Below are positions 50,418 through 60,178 of a DNA stretch of 64,000 nt, piece after piece. The first letter of the stretch is position 1. Every line of letters starts with the position of its first letter. Source of the stretch: Planctomycetota bacterium (GTDB lineage: Bacteria > Planctomycetota > B15-G4 > SIAN01); the NCBI GenBank assembly GCA_031409275.1, contig JANNXA010000024.1, positions 32,001 to 96,000 on the forward strand, read 5' to 3'. The position numbers and the translations under genes were made by a program. The notes under the pieces are model-generated. The model did no database searches. It worked only from the letters and a program-made list of their open reading frames with translations, and was not told where the DNA came from.

Positions 50418-51394
50418 CGACCGACCACACCCCTCTTCCGGTCGACGCATTGCTTCCCGACCCGCGTTTCGCGGAGTTCCTGGAATGGCAGCTGCGGAGC
50501 TCGCTGCGACGCGCCACGCGTTTCTCGACGTCGGCGACGACCGCGACGCCGACGAGTGCGCGCTCGCGCTTCGTACGCCTCGCTCTTGCTGCCGCCGCGT
50601 TGCTGGTGGCGCTGACGCTTGGCGCCTGCGGCGTGCTGGCGGTGCAGGAGGCGGAGCGGCGTGAGGAAGGGCAGCTCCTCGCCGCGCAATACGACGTGAA
50701 GCTCGAGCTGGCGAGGGGCCGCGAGGCGCGGGCCAAGGAGGAGTGTGGCCGGCGCGAGCAACAGCTCCGGGCCGGCTTGCTCCCGAAGGAGGAGTTCGAC
50801 GAGGCCGGTTCGCGACTCGCGCGGCTGCGGTTCGAGCGGCAGCTCCTCGAGCTCGATGCCGCCGAGGTCGCAGCACGCGGCCGAGAACCAGATCGGCGGC
50901 TCGGCGCGGAACGGGTCGGCGGCCGCGACTTCGTCGACGAGCGGCTGGCGTTGGAGCAAGCTGCGGATCGCTTCGAGTCGAGGCTCGTCCTCGAACGGTA
51001 CCAGCGCGCGGAGCTGCTGCAGGCGCAGGGCCTGGTGCCCGCTGCGCAATTCGAGGAGGCGTCGGTCGCCATGGCCGCGGCGATCGCGCGCCAACACTCG
51101 CTCGTCAGTCGTCGCGAAACGCGCCGGCGCTTCCTCGCCGGCGATTTCAGCGCGTTCGACGCCGAGTGGGCTGGACTGCGCGCGATCGCCGAAGCGGAGC
51201 GCTCCACTGCCACGGCACTCCTCACCGTGGCCACGATTCAGCGCGACCGCCTCGCGGCGCTGCATCAGGTGGATCGCATCCCCGCTGCGGAACTCTCGGC
51301 GGCCGAGCAGGCGCTCGCCGACGCGCAGGCTCGCCTCGACCTCGCCGAGCTCGAGTTGGCGACGATCAAGGCGCGCCGTCGCGAGGCGAAGTGA
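50414..51394 (+). CDS. Single-TM helical protein, candidate anti-sigma factor
   Basis: ATGA-coupled to the ECF gene; one TM helix followed by helical repeats. Confidence 0.7.
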   Translation: MTTDHTPLPVDALLPDPRFAEFLEWQLRSSLRRATRFSTSATTATPTSARSRFVRLALAAAALLVALTLGACGVLAVQEAERREEGQLLAAQYDVKLELARGREARAKEECGRREQQLRAGLLPKEEFDEAGSRLARLRFERQLLELDAAEVAARGREPDRRLGAERVGGRDFVDERLALEQAADRFESRLVLERYQRAELLQAQGLVPAAQFEEASVAMAAAIARQHSLVSRRETRRRFLAGDFSAFDAEWAGLRAIAEAERSTATALLTVATIQRDRLAALHQVDRIPAAELSAAEQALADAQARLDLAELELATIKARRREAK

Positions 51395-51413
51395 AGGCAG
51401 CCGCTGGCGCGGA

Positions 51414-52199
51414 GTGTCGTGGAACGCCACCATCCGCGGCGTGCGACTCCACTGGACACGACCGCGCTCGCTGCTGGTCGGCGCGCTGATCACCGCGCTG
51501 CCGTTGGCGGTGCGCGCATGCGATCCGCCGCCGCGCCACCACGGCCACGACTACGGTGCCGCGCTCGACGCTGCGGCGCAGGACGGTCGGCTGTTGCTCG
51601 TCCATCTGCGTCATCCGCAGCGCGACGCGGGGGGCCGGCTCGACCTCTTCACGCTGCTCGACCATGACGTCGCGGCGCTGATCGAGAAGCGCTTCCATCA
51701 GGTGACCGTCGACGTCCTGCGTGAGTCGAAGCTGGCGGAGCGGCTCGCGGGCAGCGGAACCGCGGTCGCGACGCTCGTCCTCGCTGGCGACGGTCGGGTG
51801 CTCGCGCGCCAGGACGGCTACGTCGAGGCGACCCCCTTCCGCGCCTGGCTCGAGCGCGTGCTCCGCGAACGGCCGCGCCTCATGGCGCTGGAGCAGCAGC
51901 TCGTCGGCGCGCCGCTCGACGTCGACGCTCGGCTCGAGTTCGCCGAATTGCTCCACGCGCTTGGCGCGGACGCTCGCGCGGACTTGCAGCTCGCCGAGGC
52001 GCGGTCGGCCCTTGGCGCCGTCGCGCCGGAAGCGATGCGCGTCGCACGCGTCCGGGCCCGCGGCCTCGACGTCGAGCTGCTGCGTGGTCGCGGGCAGGAC
52101 GAAGCGGCGCAGCAGCTGCAGAAGCTTCCGATCGAGCGCTATCCTCCGCCCCCTTCTGCGGCGGAGGCGGACGTCGAGCGTCCGCGCGAGCCGCGCTGA
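51414..52199 (+). CDS. Thioredoxin-like fold protein lacking CxxC, with a TPR-like C-terminus
   Basis: DYGAALDAAAQDGRLLLV...F..VTVDV...TLVL..DG.VL.R.DGY; start uncertain. Confidence 0.6.
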   Translation: MSWNATIRGVRLHWTRPRSLLVGALITALPLAVRACDPPPRHHGHDYGAALDAAAQDGRLLLVHLRHPQRDAGGRLDLFTLLDHDVAALIEKRFHQVTVDVLRESKLAERLAGSGTAVATLVLAGDGRVLARQDGYVEATPFRAWLERVLRERPRLMALEQQLVGAPLDVDARLEFAELLHALGADARADLQLAEARSALGAVAPEAMRVARVRARGLDVELLRGRGQDEAAQQLQKLPIERYPPPPSAAEADVERPREPR

Positions 52200-52202
52200 G
52201 TA

Positions 52203-52363
52203 GTGTCCTGATCCCGAAGTGCGCATCACCATTCGGGGCGCCCTTCGCGCATGGCTTCGTCGGACCTCCTCATCGACTTCCCGCGAAGTCGATGTCGTCG
52301 GCCCTCCTTGCCGTGCACGAAGCTCGCCTCCGACTGCTCTCCCGAACTTCGGAATCAGGACAC
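52203..52363. mobile_element. MITE type C (161 bp), 18-bp TIR GTGTCCTGAT(C/T)CCGAAGT
   Basis: TA|GTGTCCTGATCCCGAAGT ... ACTTCGGAATCAGGACAC|CA; central palindrome CATCGACTTC-CCGC-GAAGTCGATG. Confidence 0.8.
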
Positions 52364-52377
52364 CAGGAGATCGCTCG

Positions 52378-53388
52378 ATGCCACGCCTCTTCGCCACACT
52401 CGCGCTCGCCGTCACTTCGATCTCGACTCCCGCACAGGAGAGCCCGATGGTGCTCGGCAGCGGTCGCCACACCTACCAGTGGGTGAAGGATTGGGCGAAG
52501 TTGCCGGCCGGCATGGCGGAACTCGGCAGCACGCACGGTGGCATCGTCGTCGACAAGGCCAACCGCATCTACGTCACGACCGACACGGCGAACTCGCTGT
52601 GTGTCTTCGAGCAGGATGGTCGCTTCGTCGGAGCGGTCGGGCAGGAGTTGAACGGCGGACTGCATGGCGTCGTGCTACGTGAAGAGAACGGCACCGAGTT
52701 CATCTACGCAGCGCACCTCTCTGCGCACGAGGCGGTGAAGCTCAAGCTCGACGGCAGCGTGGTGTGGCGCATCGGCTACCCGAAGGAGTCGGGGATCTAC
52801 CAGGACGCGGGCGGCTACGCGCCGACCGGTATCGCGGTGCTGCCCGATGGTGCGGTGGTCGTGGCCGATGGCTACGGCACGTCGTGGCTCCACCTCTTCG
52901 ACAAGGATCAGAAGTACGTCAAGTCGTTCGGCGGGCCGGGCACCGAAGCGGGCAAGTTCCAGACCAGCCACGGGCTGTGCCTCGACACGCGCGGGGAGAA
53001 GCCGCTGCTGCTGATCGCCGATCGCGCGAACCACCGGCTCCAGCACTTCGACCTCGAGTGCAACTTCGTGAAGCTCTACGACCAGGAGCTGCGCCTGCCC
53101 TGCTTCACGACGATCGCCAACGGCGGCGGCGACGTCGCCGTGCCCGACCTGCAGGGGCGCGTGACGATCTTCGACCGCGAGATGAAGCTGGTCTGCCACC
53201 TCGGCGACAACCAGGAAGAGGGGCTGCGCGGCAACTTCGACGTGCGCCACGACCGCCTGAAGGAGGGCCAGTTCACCTCGCCGCACGGCTGCGCGTGGGA
53301 TCACGACGGCAACCTCTACGTGCAGGATTGGAACGTGCTCGGCCGCGTCACCAAGCTGCTGCGAGTGAAGCCCGCCGCCGGAAAGTGA
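52378..53388 (+). CDS. NHL-repeat beta-propeller protein
   Basis: VADGYG, FGGPG...GKF..SHG, IADRANHRLQ.F, F.SPHG..WD.DGNLYV.DW. Confidence 0.88.
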   Translation: MPRLFATLALAVTSISTPAQESPMVLGSGRHTYQWVKDWAKLPAGMAELGSTHGGIVVDKANRIYVTTDTANSLCVFEQDGRFVGAVGQELNGGLHGVVLREENGTEFIYAAHLSAHEAVKLKLDGSVVWRIGYPKESGIYQDAGGYAPTGIAVLPDGAVVVADGYGTSWLHLFDKDQKYVKSFGGPGTEAGKFQTSHGLCLDTRGEKPLLLIADRANHRLQHFDLECNFVKLYDQELRLPCFTTIANGGGDVAVPDLQGRVTIFDREMKLVCHLGDNQEEGLRGNFDVRHDRLKEGQFTSPHGCAWDHDGNLYVQDWNVLGRVTKLLRVKPAAGK

Positions 53389-53461
53389 TCGCGCACGGCG
53401 GGAACTCGGCGGTGGTGGGCAGCGTACGCTGCGCCTTCCCCTGCCGCCGAGGAGCCGCCGC

Positions 53462-56400
53462 ATGTCCACTCGCGTCCCCCATCGCCCGTTCCGCCCGTTC
53501 GTCGCGCTGACCGTCGTCGGCAGCACGCTCGCCTGCGCCGCCGCTGCGGCTCCGCTGGCGCCATCCCCGCTCGCCGCGCCGCGCCCGCCGCCTGCGGCGC
53601 AAGCGAGCGAAGGCCTGAGCACGACCGACACGCGCCTGCTCGAGCAGCCGGCGATGAGCGCCACCCACCTCGCATTCGTCTACGCGGGCGATCTGTGGGT
53701 GGCGAATCGAGATGGCAGCGGCGCGCGCCGCATGACGTCGCATCCCGGCCAGGAGTCGCGGCCGCGCTTCTCACCCGATGGCCAGTGGCTCGCCTTCTCC
53801 GGCGAGTACGACGGCAACGTCGACCTCTTCGTGATGCCGGTCACCGGCGGCGAGCCGCGTCGCCTCACCACCCATCCGGGCGCCGACGTCGTGCAAGGCT
53901 TCACCGCCGATGGTCGCGAGCTCCTCTTCACGTCGCAACGCGATGTCCATTCGGGACGCTTCCACCACCTCTTCAAGGTAAGCGTTGAGGGCGGTTGGCC
54001 GACGCGCCTGCCGCTACCGAGCTGCAGCAAGGCGACGCTCTCGCCGGACGGGAAGAAGGTCGCCTACCTGCCGCTCTCCGAGCCGTTCCAGCAGTGGAAG
54101 AACTACCGCGGCGGTCGCGCGAGCCGGATCTGGATCTGCGACCTCGCCGACCTCTCGGTCGAGCAGGTGCCGCAACCGGCGGGGCGCTGCAACGACACCG
54201 ACCCGATGTGGCTGGCCGGCCCGCATTCGAATCAGCTCTTCTTCCGCAGCGACCGCGCCGGCGAGTTCAACCTCTTCGCCTATGACTTCGCCAGCAAGGC
54301 CGTGCAGCAGAAGACGACGCACGCCGACTTGCCGGTGGTGAACGCTTCCGCGGCTCCGGACGCAATCGTCTACGAGCAGGCCGGTTGGCTGCACCGCTTC
54401 GATCCCAAGAGCGGCGTGGCGCAACGGCTCATCGTCGGCGTCGCCGCCGACCTCGTCGAGACGCGGCCGCGTTTCGTGAAGGGCGCGCAGTACCTGCGCA
54501 GCGCGAGCCTCTCGCCGAGCGGCACTCGCGTCGCCGTCGGCTTCCGCGGCGAGATCGTGACGCTGCCCGCCGAGAAGGGCGATCCGCGCAACCTGACGCA
54601 GTCGCCCGGTGTGAACGAGCGCGACCCGGCCTGGTCGCCCGACGGCAAGACGATCGCCTGGACGTCGGATGAAGGCGGCGCGCACCACCTCGTGCTGGCG
54701 CCGCAGGACGGACGCGGCGAACGGCGCACGCTGACGATTCCGGGCGCCGGCTTCTACGAGCCGGCCGGCTGGTCGCCCGACAGCCGCAAGCTGGCGGTCA
54801 TCGACAACGCGCGCGCGCTCTGGCTCGTCGATGTGGAGAGCGGCGAGTCGAAGCGGATCGATGCGGAACCGGTCTATGGCGTGCTTTCCAGCATCGCGAT
54901 CGCCTGGTCTCCCGACTCGAAGTGGCTCGCCTACACGCTGGCCGTCCGCACCGGCTTCCGTCGCCTCTACCTGCGCGACGTTGCCGCCGAACGCTCGACC
55001 GCCGTGACCGACGGCCTTGCCGACGTCGCCGAACCGGCGTTCGACGCCAGCGGCAAGTACCTCTGGTTCGCGGCGTCCACCGACGCCGGGCCGCTGCTCA
55101 ACTGGTTCTCGCTGACCAGCAGCGACCTCGCGCAGACCAACGCCCTCTACGTCGTCTGCCTGCAGAAGGGGACGCCGTCCCCGTTCGCGCCCGAAAGCGA
55201 TGAGGAAGCCGGTGTCGTCGCGGCCGCAGCGAAGCCGGCCGACGCGACGCCTGCCGACGCGACGAAAGCCGATCCCGCTGCCGCCGACGCGGTGGTGACG
55301 CCGTCGATCGACCTCGATGGCCTTGCGGAGCGCATGCTGGCGCTGCCGTTGCCAACGGCCGCGTACAGCAACCTCGTCGGTGGCAGCGATGGACAACTTT
55401 GGTACGTGAAGTCGGAGCGCGCGCCGTTCTCCGGGCCGGCGCAAAAGCCGACGTTGGCGCGGTTCGACCTCGCGACGCGCAAGGAGAAGGTGATCCAGGA
55501 AGGGGTCGACGGCTTCGAGCTGTCGGCCGACAAGAAGAAGCTCCTGATCGGCGGCGGCGACGGGCGCTTCGTGGTCGCGGCTGGCGACGCGCTCGACAAG
55601 AGCAAGGGGCGCCTCGCCGTCGATGCCATCGAGGTGCGCATCGAGCCGCGCACCGAGTGGGCGCAGATCCTCGACGAAGTGTGGCGCATCAACCGCGACT
55701 GGTTCTACGACCCAGGGATGCACGGCGCCGATTGGCCGGCGATGCGCGCGCGCTACTTCCAGTTCCTCCCCCACCTCGCGACGCGCGGCGACCTGAATCG
55801 CGTGATCCAGTGGCTCTGCTCGGAACTGGCCGTCGGCCACAGCTACTCGGGCGGCGGCGACACACTGATCAGCGGCAAGCCGATCGCTGGCGGACTGCTC
55901 GGCGCCGACTACGAAGTCGTCGATGGACGCTATCGCTTCGCCAAGGTCTTCGGGGGCCAGCCGTTCGCACCGGAACTGCGCGCTCCGCTCGCGGCACCCG
56001 GCGTCGCGGTGCAGGCGGGCGAGTTCCTGCTCGCGGTCGACGGCGTGCCGCTGCTGGCCAGCGAAGAACTCTTCGCGCGATTCGAAGGCAGAGCGGGCAA
56101 GCAGGTCGAGCTGACCGTCGGGCCGAACGCGGACGGCAGCGGCTCGCGCACGGTGAAGGTGGTGCCCGTCGAGAACGAGGCGGCATTGCGCAACCGCGAC
56201 TGGGTCGAAGGCAACTTGCGCCGTGTCACTGAGGCGACGGCTGGCCGAGTCGGCTACGTCTACGTGCCGAACACGTCGGATGCCGGCTTCACCTACTTCA
56301 AGCGCTGGTTCTTCCCGCAGACCGATCGCGAGGCGTTGATCGTCGACGAGCGGATGAACGGCGGCGGCTCGTTCGCCGACTACGTCATCGACCTGCTGCG

Positions 56401-56851
56401 CCGACCCTACACCGCTCATTGGGCAACGCGCTACGGCGAGAGCTTCATCACGCCGCAAGGCGCGCTGTTCGGACCGACCGCGATGTTGATCGACGAGACG
56501 GCCGGCTCGGGCGGCGATCTGCTGCCGTGGATGTTCCGCAAGTTCGGACTCGGCAAGTTGATCGGCCGGCCGACCTGGGGCGGACTGGTCGGCATCCTCG
56601 GCTTCCCGGAACTGATGGATGGCGGCAGCGTGACGGCGCCCAACCTCGCGATCTGGACCGAAGCGGATGGCTTCTGCGTCGAGAACGTCGGGGTCCCTCC
56701 CGACCTCGAGGTGGAGATGGCGCCAGCCGACTGCGTCGGTGGCCGCGATCCGCAGCTCGAGCGGGCCATCGCGGAACTGCTTGCGGAGCTCGACAAGAAC
56801 CCGCGGCGTCCGGCGGTCCAGCCGCCCTTCCCCGTGCGCGCGCGGCGCTGA
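53462..56851 (+). CDS. Tricorn-like S41 protease
   Basis: PD40 repeats (PRFSPDG, WSPDG), SELAVGHSY, PDZ domain, DERMNGGG, AGSGGD, TWGGLVG, ENVGVPPD, DPQLERAI. Confidence 0.95.
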   Translation: MSTRVPHRPFRPFVALTVVGSTLACAAAAAPLAPSPLAAPRPPPAAQASEGLSTTDTRLLEQPAMSATHLAFVYAGDLWVANRDGSGARRMTSHPGQESRPRFSPDGQWLAFSGEYDGNVDLFVMPVTGGEPRRLTTHPGADVVQGFTADGRELLFTSQRDVHSGRFHHLFKVSVEGGWPTRLPLPSCSKATLSPDGKKVAYLPLSEPFQQWKNYRGGRASRIWICDLADLSVEQVPQPAGRCNDTDPMWLAGPHSNQLFFRSDRAGEFNLFAYDFASKAVQQKTTHADLPVVNASAAPDAIVYEQAGWLHRFDPKSGVAQRLIVGVAADLVETRPRFVKGAQYLRSASLSPSGTRVAVGFRGEIVTLPAEKGDPRNLTQSPGVNERDPAWSPDGKTIAWTSDEGGAHHLVLAPQDGRGERRTLTIPGAGFYEPAGWSPDSRKLAVIDNARALWLVDVESGESKRIDAEPVYGVLSSIAIAWSPDSKWLAYTLAVRTGFRRLYLRDVAAERSTAVTDGLADVAEPAFDASGKYLWFAASTDAGPLLNWFSLTSSDLAQTNALYVVCLQKGTPSPFAPESDEEAGVVAAAAKPADATPADATKADPAAADAVVTPSIDLDGLAERMLALPLPTAAYSNLVGGSDGQLWYVKSERAPFSGPAQKPTLARFDLATRKEKVIQEGVDGFELSADKKKLLIGGGDGRFVVAAGDALDKSKGRLAVDAIEVRIEPRTEWAQILDEVWRINRDWFYDPGMHGADWPAMRARYFQFLPHLATRGDLNRVIQWLCSELAVGHSYSGGGDTLISGKPIAGGLLGADYEVVDGRYRFAKVFGGQPFAPELRAPLAAPGVAVQAGEFLLAVDGVPLLASEELFARFEGRAGKQVELTVGPNADGSGSRTVKVVPVENEAALRNRDWVEGNLRRVTEATAGRVGYVYVPNTSDAGFTYFKRWFFPQTDREALIVDERMNGGGSFADYVIDLLRRPYTAHWATRYGESFITPQGALFGPTAMLIDETAGSGGDLLPWMFRKFGLGKLIGRPTWGGLVGILGFPELMDGGSVTAPNLAIWTEADGFCVENVGVPPDLEVEMAPADCVGGRDPQLERAIAELLAELDKNPRRPAVQPPFPVRARR

Positions 56852-56996
56852 CCGAAGGCGCGCCGGCGCCGAGTACGAATTCCCGATTGCAGGAAGATCA
56901 CCCCTGCGCAGCGACCCTGCGCGGGGGCGATCGCGCGATTCCTCCCGGGGTCGCGGGGCGCGCGGCCAGCGGCAGCGCCGTTGCGTCCTCCCCGGC

Positions 56997-57857
56997 ATGG
57001 CGACGACTCCCTCGCAACGTCTCGGACTCCTGCGCGTCCTGCTGCCGCGTCCTCATCGCTACCGCGCGTGGCGCAGCAAGATCGCGCTGCTGTCGCTGAT
57101 CGTCGTCGCCGCGCCGCCGTTGTCGGGGCTTGGTCGCATCGACTTGTGGCGCGGCCACCATTTGCTGCTGGGCGAGCCGGTCGGCTTCGGCAAGGCGCTC
57201 TTCGGTGGACTCCTGTTCGGGACCGCGAGCTACCTCATCACCTTCGTGGTGAACGCCTTCGGGGGTCGGCTCTTCTGCGGCTTCGGCTGCCCGCTGTCGC
57301 AAGCCAATCGCCTGGTCGAGGAGGTCGACACCCAGCGCGGCAAGCCGGGCCGCGCGGCCGCGATCGCGCGCAGCTGGCTCTTCGCCGTCGCCTTCGCCGC
57401 CGCGATCCTCCACTGGTGGATCAATCCGCGGCTGTGGCTCGAGGGAAGCATCGGCGCGCGCGCCGCCGCACTCGGTGCGCTGGCGATCGGCGCCGCGCTG
57501 ATCCAGGGCCACGCGCGCTGGTGGCATTGGGCCTTCTGTCGCGGATGGTGCCCGGTCGGCCTCTACTACTCGGTGGTGTCGCCGAGCACCGCACTCGGCA
57601 TCCACTTCGACGCCGCCACCTGCGTCAACTGCAACGCGTGCGATCGCGTCTGCCCGGTCGGCCTCGCGCCGCGCAACCTGCCCGGCGAGATCGAGCGCGA
57701 CGAAGGGCTCGCCATCGCCAGCACGACCGGCGTCCACCACTGCTTGAGCTGCGGCGACTGCGTCGAAGCGTGCGAGTACATCTTGGAGAAGCGCGGCGTG
57801 ACGCCCATCGCGTTGACGCTGACCGCGCATCCGTTCCGCCCGAAGACGCCGGCGTGA
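56997..57857 (+). CDS. Membrane 4Fe-4S protein (NapH/CcoG-like)
   Basis: GRLFCGFGCP, FCRGWCP, CVNCNACDRVCP, CLSCGDCVEAC. Confidence 0.88.
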   Translation: MATTPSQRLGLLRVLLPRPHRYRAWRSKIALLSLIVVAAPPLSGLGRIDLWRGHHLLLGEPVGFGKALFGGLLFGTASYLITFVVNAFGGRLFCGFGCPLSQANRLVEEVDTQRGKPGRAAAIARSWLFAVAFAAAILHWWINPRLWLEGSIGARAAALGALAIGAALIQGHARWWHWAFCRGWCPVGLYYSVVSPSTALGIHFDAATCVNCNACDRVCPVGLAPRNLPGEIERDEGLAIASTTGVHHCLSCGDCVEACEYILEKRGVTPIALTLTAHPFRPKTPA

Positions 57858-59140
57858 CCGCGCAAAGCGACGGGCGCGGCGGAGTCTGGCTGACGGCCTA
57901 CGTCGCGCTGGCGCTGTTGCCGATGGCAGCGGCGGGGGTCGCGCGCGCCGACAGCGAGCCGCTGCGATTCGCGTCCGAGCTGGCCGTCACGACCGGCTTC
58001 GTCGCGTTCGCGTTGCTGATGCTCGAGCTGCCGCCGATCTCTCGACTGCGCCACCTCTCCGACCGCTTCGGCATCGACCGGCTGATGCGCTTCCATCGTG
58101 CGATGGGAGTGGTGGCGCTGGTGTTCGTCGCCGCGCACATCTGGCTCGCGGGCGGGCGATGGACGCGCAGCGGCGCGATCGCCTTCGGGAGCACGCTGCT
58201 GCTGGTGGCGACTTCGATCGGTCGGCGGACCTTGCACCTGCCCTACGAAGCGTGGCACCTGCTTCACGTGCTGCTTTCACTGACGCTGGTGCCGGCGCTG
58301 CTGGTCCACCTCTTCACGGCGCGCGGAACGCCTCCGCCACGAGCGCTCGCGCTCGTGATCGGCGCGTACGGAGTCGCCTTCGTGCTGCTGATGGTGCGCG
58401 ATCGCATCGCGCGACCGCTGTGGCTCGCGCGCCGACCGTGGGAGGTCGTCGCGAACCGCGCGGAAGGGGGCGACACGCAGACGCTGGTGGTGCGGCCGCT
58501 CGGCCATCGCGGCTTCGACTTCGGGCCGGGACAGTTCGCATGGGTGCTGACCGGCCGCCATCCGCTCCTCGCCGAGCAGCACCCGATCACCTTCTCCTCC
58601 TCCGCCGAACGTCCGCCGGACGGCTCGATCGAACTTGCGATCAAGGCGCTCGGCGACTGGAGCGGCACCATCGTCCCGGCGCTCCGCCCCGGCGCGCGCC
58701 TCTGGCTCGATGGACCTTACGGCTCGCTCACGACCGATCGCATCGCGGCCCAAGGCTTCGTGCTGATCGCCGGTGGAATCGGCATCACGCCAATGCTCTC
58801 GATCCTGCGAACGATGCGTGATCGCGGCGATCGCCGGCGGGTGGTGCTGTTCCATGCCGCGCGCAACCGTCAGCGGATGGTCTTCGCAGCGGAGCTCGCC
58901 GCGCTGCGCCGCACGCTCGACCTGCGCATCGTCGAGCTCTTCGAAGAGGCGCAGGCCGGCGCCGAGGAGGGGTTCATTCGCGCCGAGCTGCTGCGACGCC
59001 ACTTGCCGCCGGACGTGCGCCACGATGCGTTCCTCGCGTGCGGCCCGGCGCCGATGCTCGACGCCGTCGGGCGAGCGCTGGCCGATGTCGGCGTCTCACC
59101 CCATCAGCTCCACACCGAACGGTTCGACCTGATGTCATGA
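57854..59140 (+). CDS. Ferric-reductase-like TM domain plus FAD/NAD(P)-binding reductase
   Basis: FHR..G..AH, YEAWHLLH..H, FGPGQF, HPITFSS, DGPYG, IAGGIGITP, CGP. Confidence 0.9.
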   Translation: MTAQSDGRGGVWLTAYVALALLPMAAAGVARADSEPLRFASELAVTTGFVAFALLMLELPPISRLRHLSDRFGIDRLMRFHRAMGVVALVFVAAHIWLAGGRWTRSGAIAFGSTLLLVATSIGRRTLHLPYEAWHLLHVLLSLTLVPALLVHLFTARGTPPPRALALVIGAYGVAFVLLMVRDRIARPLWLARRPWEVVANRAEGGDTQTLVVRPLGHRGFDFGPGQFAWVLTGRHPLLAEQHPITFSSSAERPPDGSIELAIKALGDWSGTIVPALRPGARLWLDGPYGSLTTDRIAAQGFVLIAGGIGITPMLSILRTMRDRGDRRRVVLFHAARNRQRMVFAAELAALRRTLDLRIVELFEEAQAGAEEGFIRAELLRRHLPPDVRHDAFLACGPAPMLDAVGRALADVGVSPHQLHTERFDLMS

Positions 59141-59451
59141 ACTTCCTGCGCGACCCCATCGACCGACTCGCGATCGCGCTCGGGCTGCTGCTCGCGGCCG
59201 CGGCGAGCGCAGCGGCATGGCGTGCCAGCGTCCCCCACCCGGCCGCGCTCGCGCCGCCGACGGCGGCACAGCTCTGGCAACGCCACTGCGCACACTGTCA
59301 CGAGCGAGCCGAGTTGCTGTCGACGCTGCGTTCCAGTGTCGCCTTCGACCAGGCCGAGAAGCTCACGGAGTTCCTCGCAACGCACGGTCGCGCCAACGCC
59401 ATCGAAGATCGCATCATCGCCGAGGAGCTATCCCTCGAGATTCACCGCTGA
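59137..59451 (+). CDS. Small c-type cytochrome
   Basis: Signal or TM segment, CAHCH; ATGA-coupled. Confidence 0.75.
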   Translation: MNFLRDPIDRLAIALGLLLAAAASAAAWRASVPHPAALAPPTAAQLWQRHCAHCHERAELLSTLRSSVAFDQAEKLTEFLATHGRANAIEDRIIAEELSLEIHR

Positions 59452-59500
59452 CCGTGTCCGCTCCTACGATCCAGAACCTCCTTGGAGCCTCGAACCCCAC

Positions 59501-60007
59501 ATGGGCACCCAGTACCGACCCCCGAAGTCCCCCGAACAGCGCGACCGCAATCGTGCCGTTGCGGTACGTGTCGACGACCTGATGGTGGACCACGTGATGA
59601 CCGCGACCCCGCATCAGTCGGTCGAGCACGTCCGTGCGCTGATGGCGCAGCACCGCATCCATGCGCTGCCGGTCATCGACGCCGAGGGCCATCCGATCGG
59701 GATCGTCACCTCGAGCGACCTGATCGAGGAGCTGCCCGCCGCGAAGCCGATCGGCCAGCTCATGACGCGCGCGGTCTACAGCGTGCCGCGCTACGAGGAC
59801 CCCTCGATCGCGGCGCGCATCATGCGCAACCATCGCATCCACCACGTGGTCGTGACGCACGAGGGACGCATCGCCGGGATCTTGAGCTCGCTCGATCTGC
59901 TGGCGCTCGTCGAAGAACGCCGCTACGTCTCGAAGCAACGTCCCGACACCACCCAGCGCGGCGTCGGTGACCGCAAGAAAGGCGAAGGCAAGGGCAAGAA
60001 GCCGTAG
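59501..60007 (+). CDS. CBS domain pair protein
   Basis: V.DLM..V, IHALPVID..G.PIGIVTSSDL, IHHVVV..G.I.GILS.LDL; start uncertain. Confidence 0.88.
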   Translation: MGTQYRPPKSPEQRDRNRAVAVRVDDLMVDHVMTATPHQSVEHVRALMAQHRIHALPVIDAEGHPIGIVTSSDLIEELPAAKPIGQLMTRAVYSVPRYEDPSIAARIMRNHRIHHVVVTHEGRIAGILSSLDLLALVEERRYVSKQRPDTTQRGVGDRKKGEGKGKKP

Positions 60008-60167
60008 CAGCCCGTTGGAGAAGTCACCGCGAGTCCGGCGAGCGGATTTCGAGTCGGGACGAGGAGGAGGTTCGAAGCCAATTCCCCGGTGAGTTGTCGA
60101 GAACGTCCGACGAAGTACCGGCTTGAAAGACGCCGCCGGGCGACACGGGGAGTTGTCCAACGGGCTG
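60008..60167. mobile_element. MITE type B copy 2 (160 bp), GTAG duplication
   Basis: GTAG|CAGCCCGTTGGA ... TCCAACGGGCTG|GTAG; inverted relative to 17129-17288. Confidence 0.9.
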
Positions 60168-60178
60168 GTAGCGCTCGT

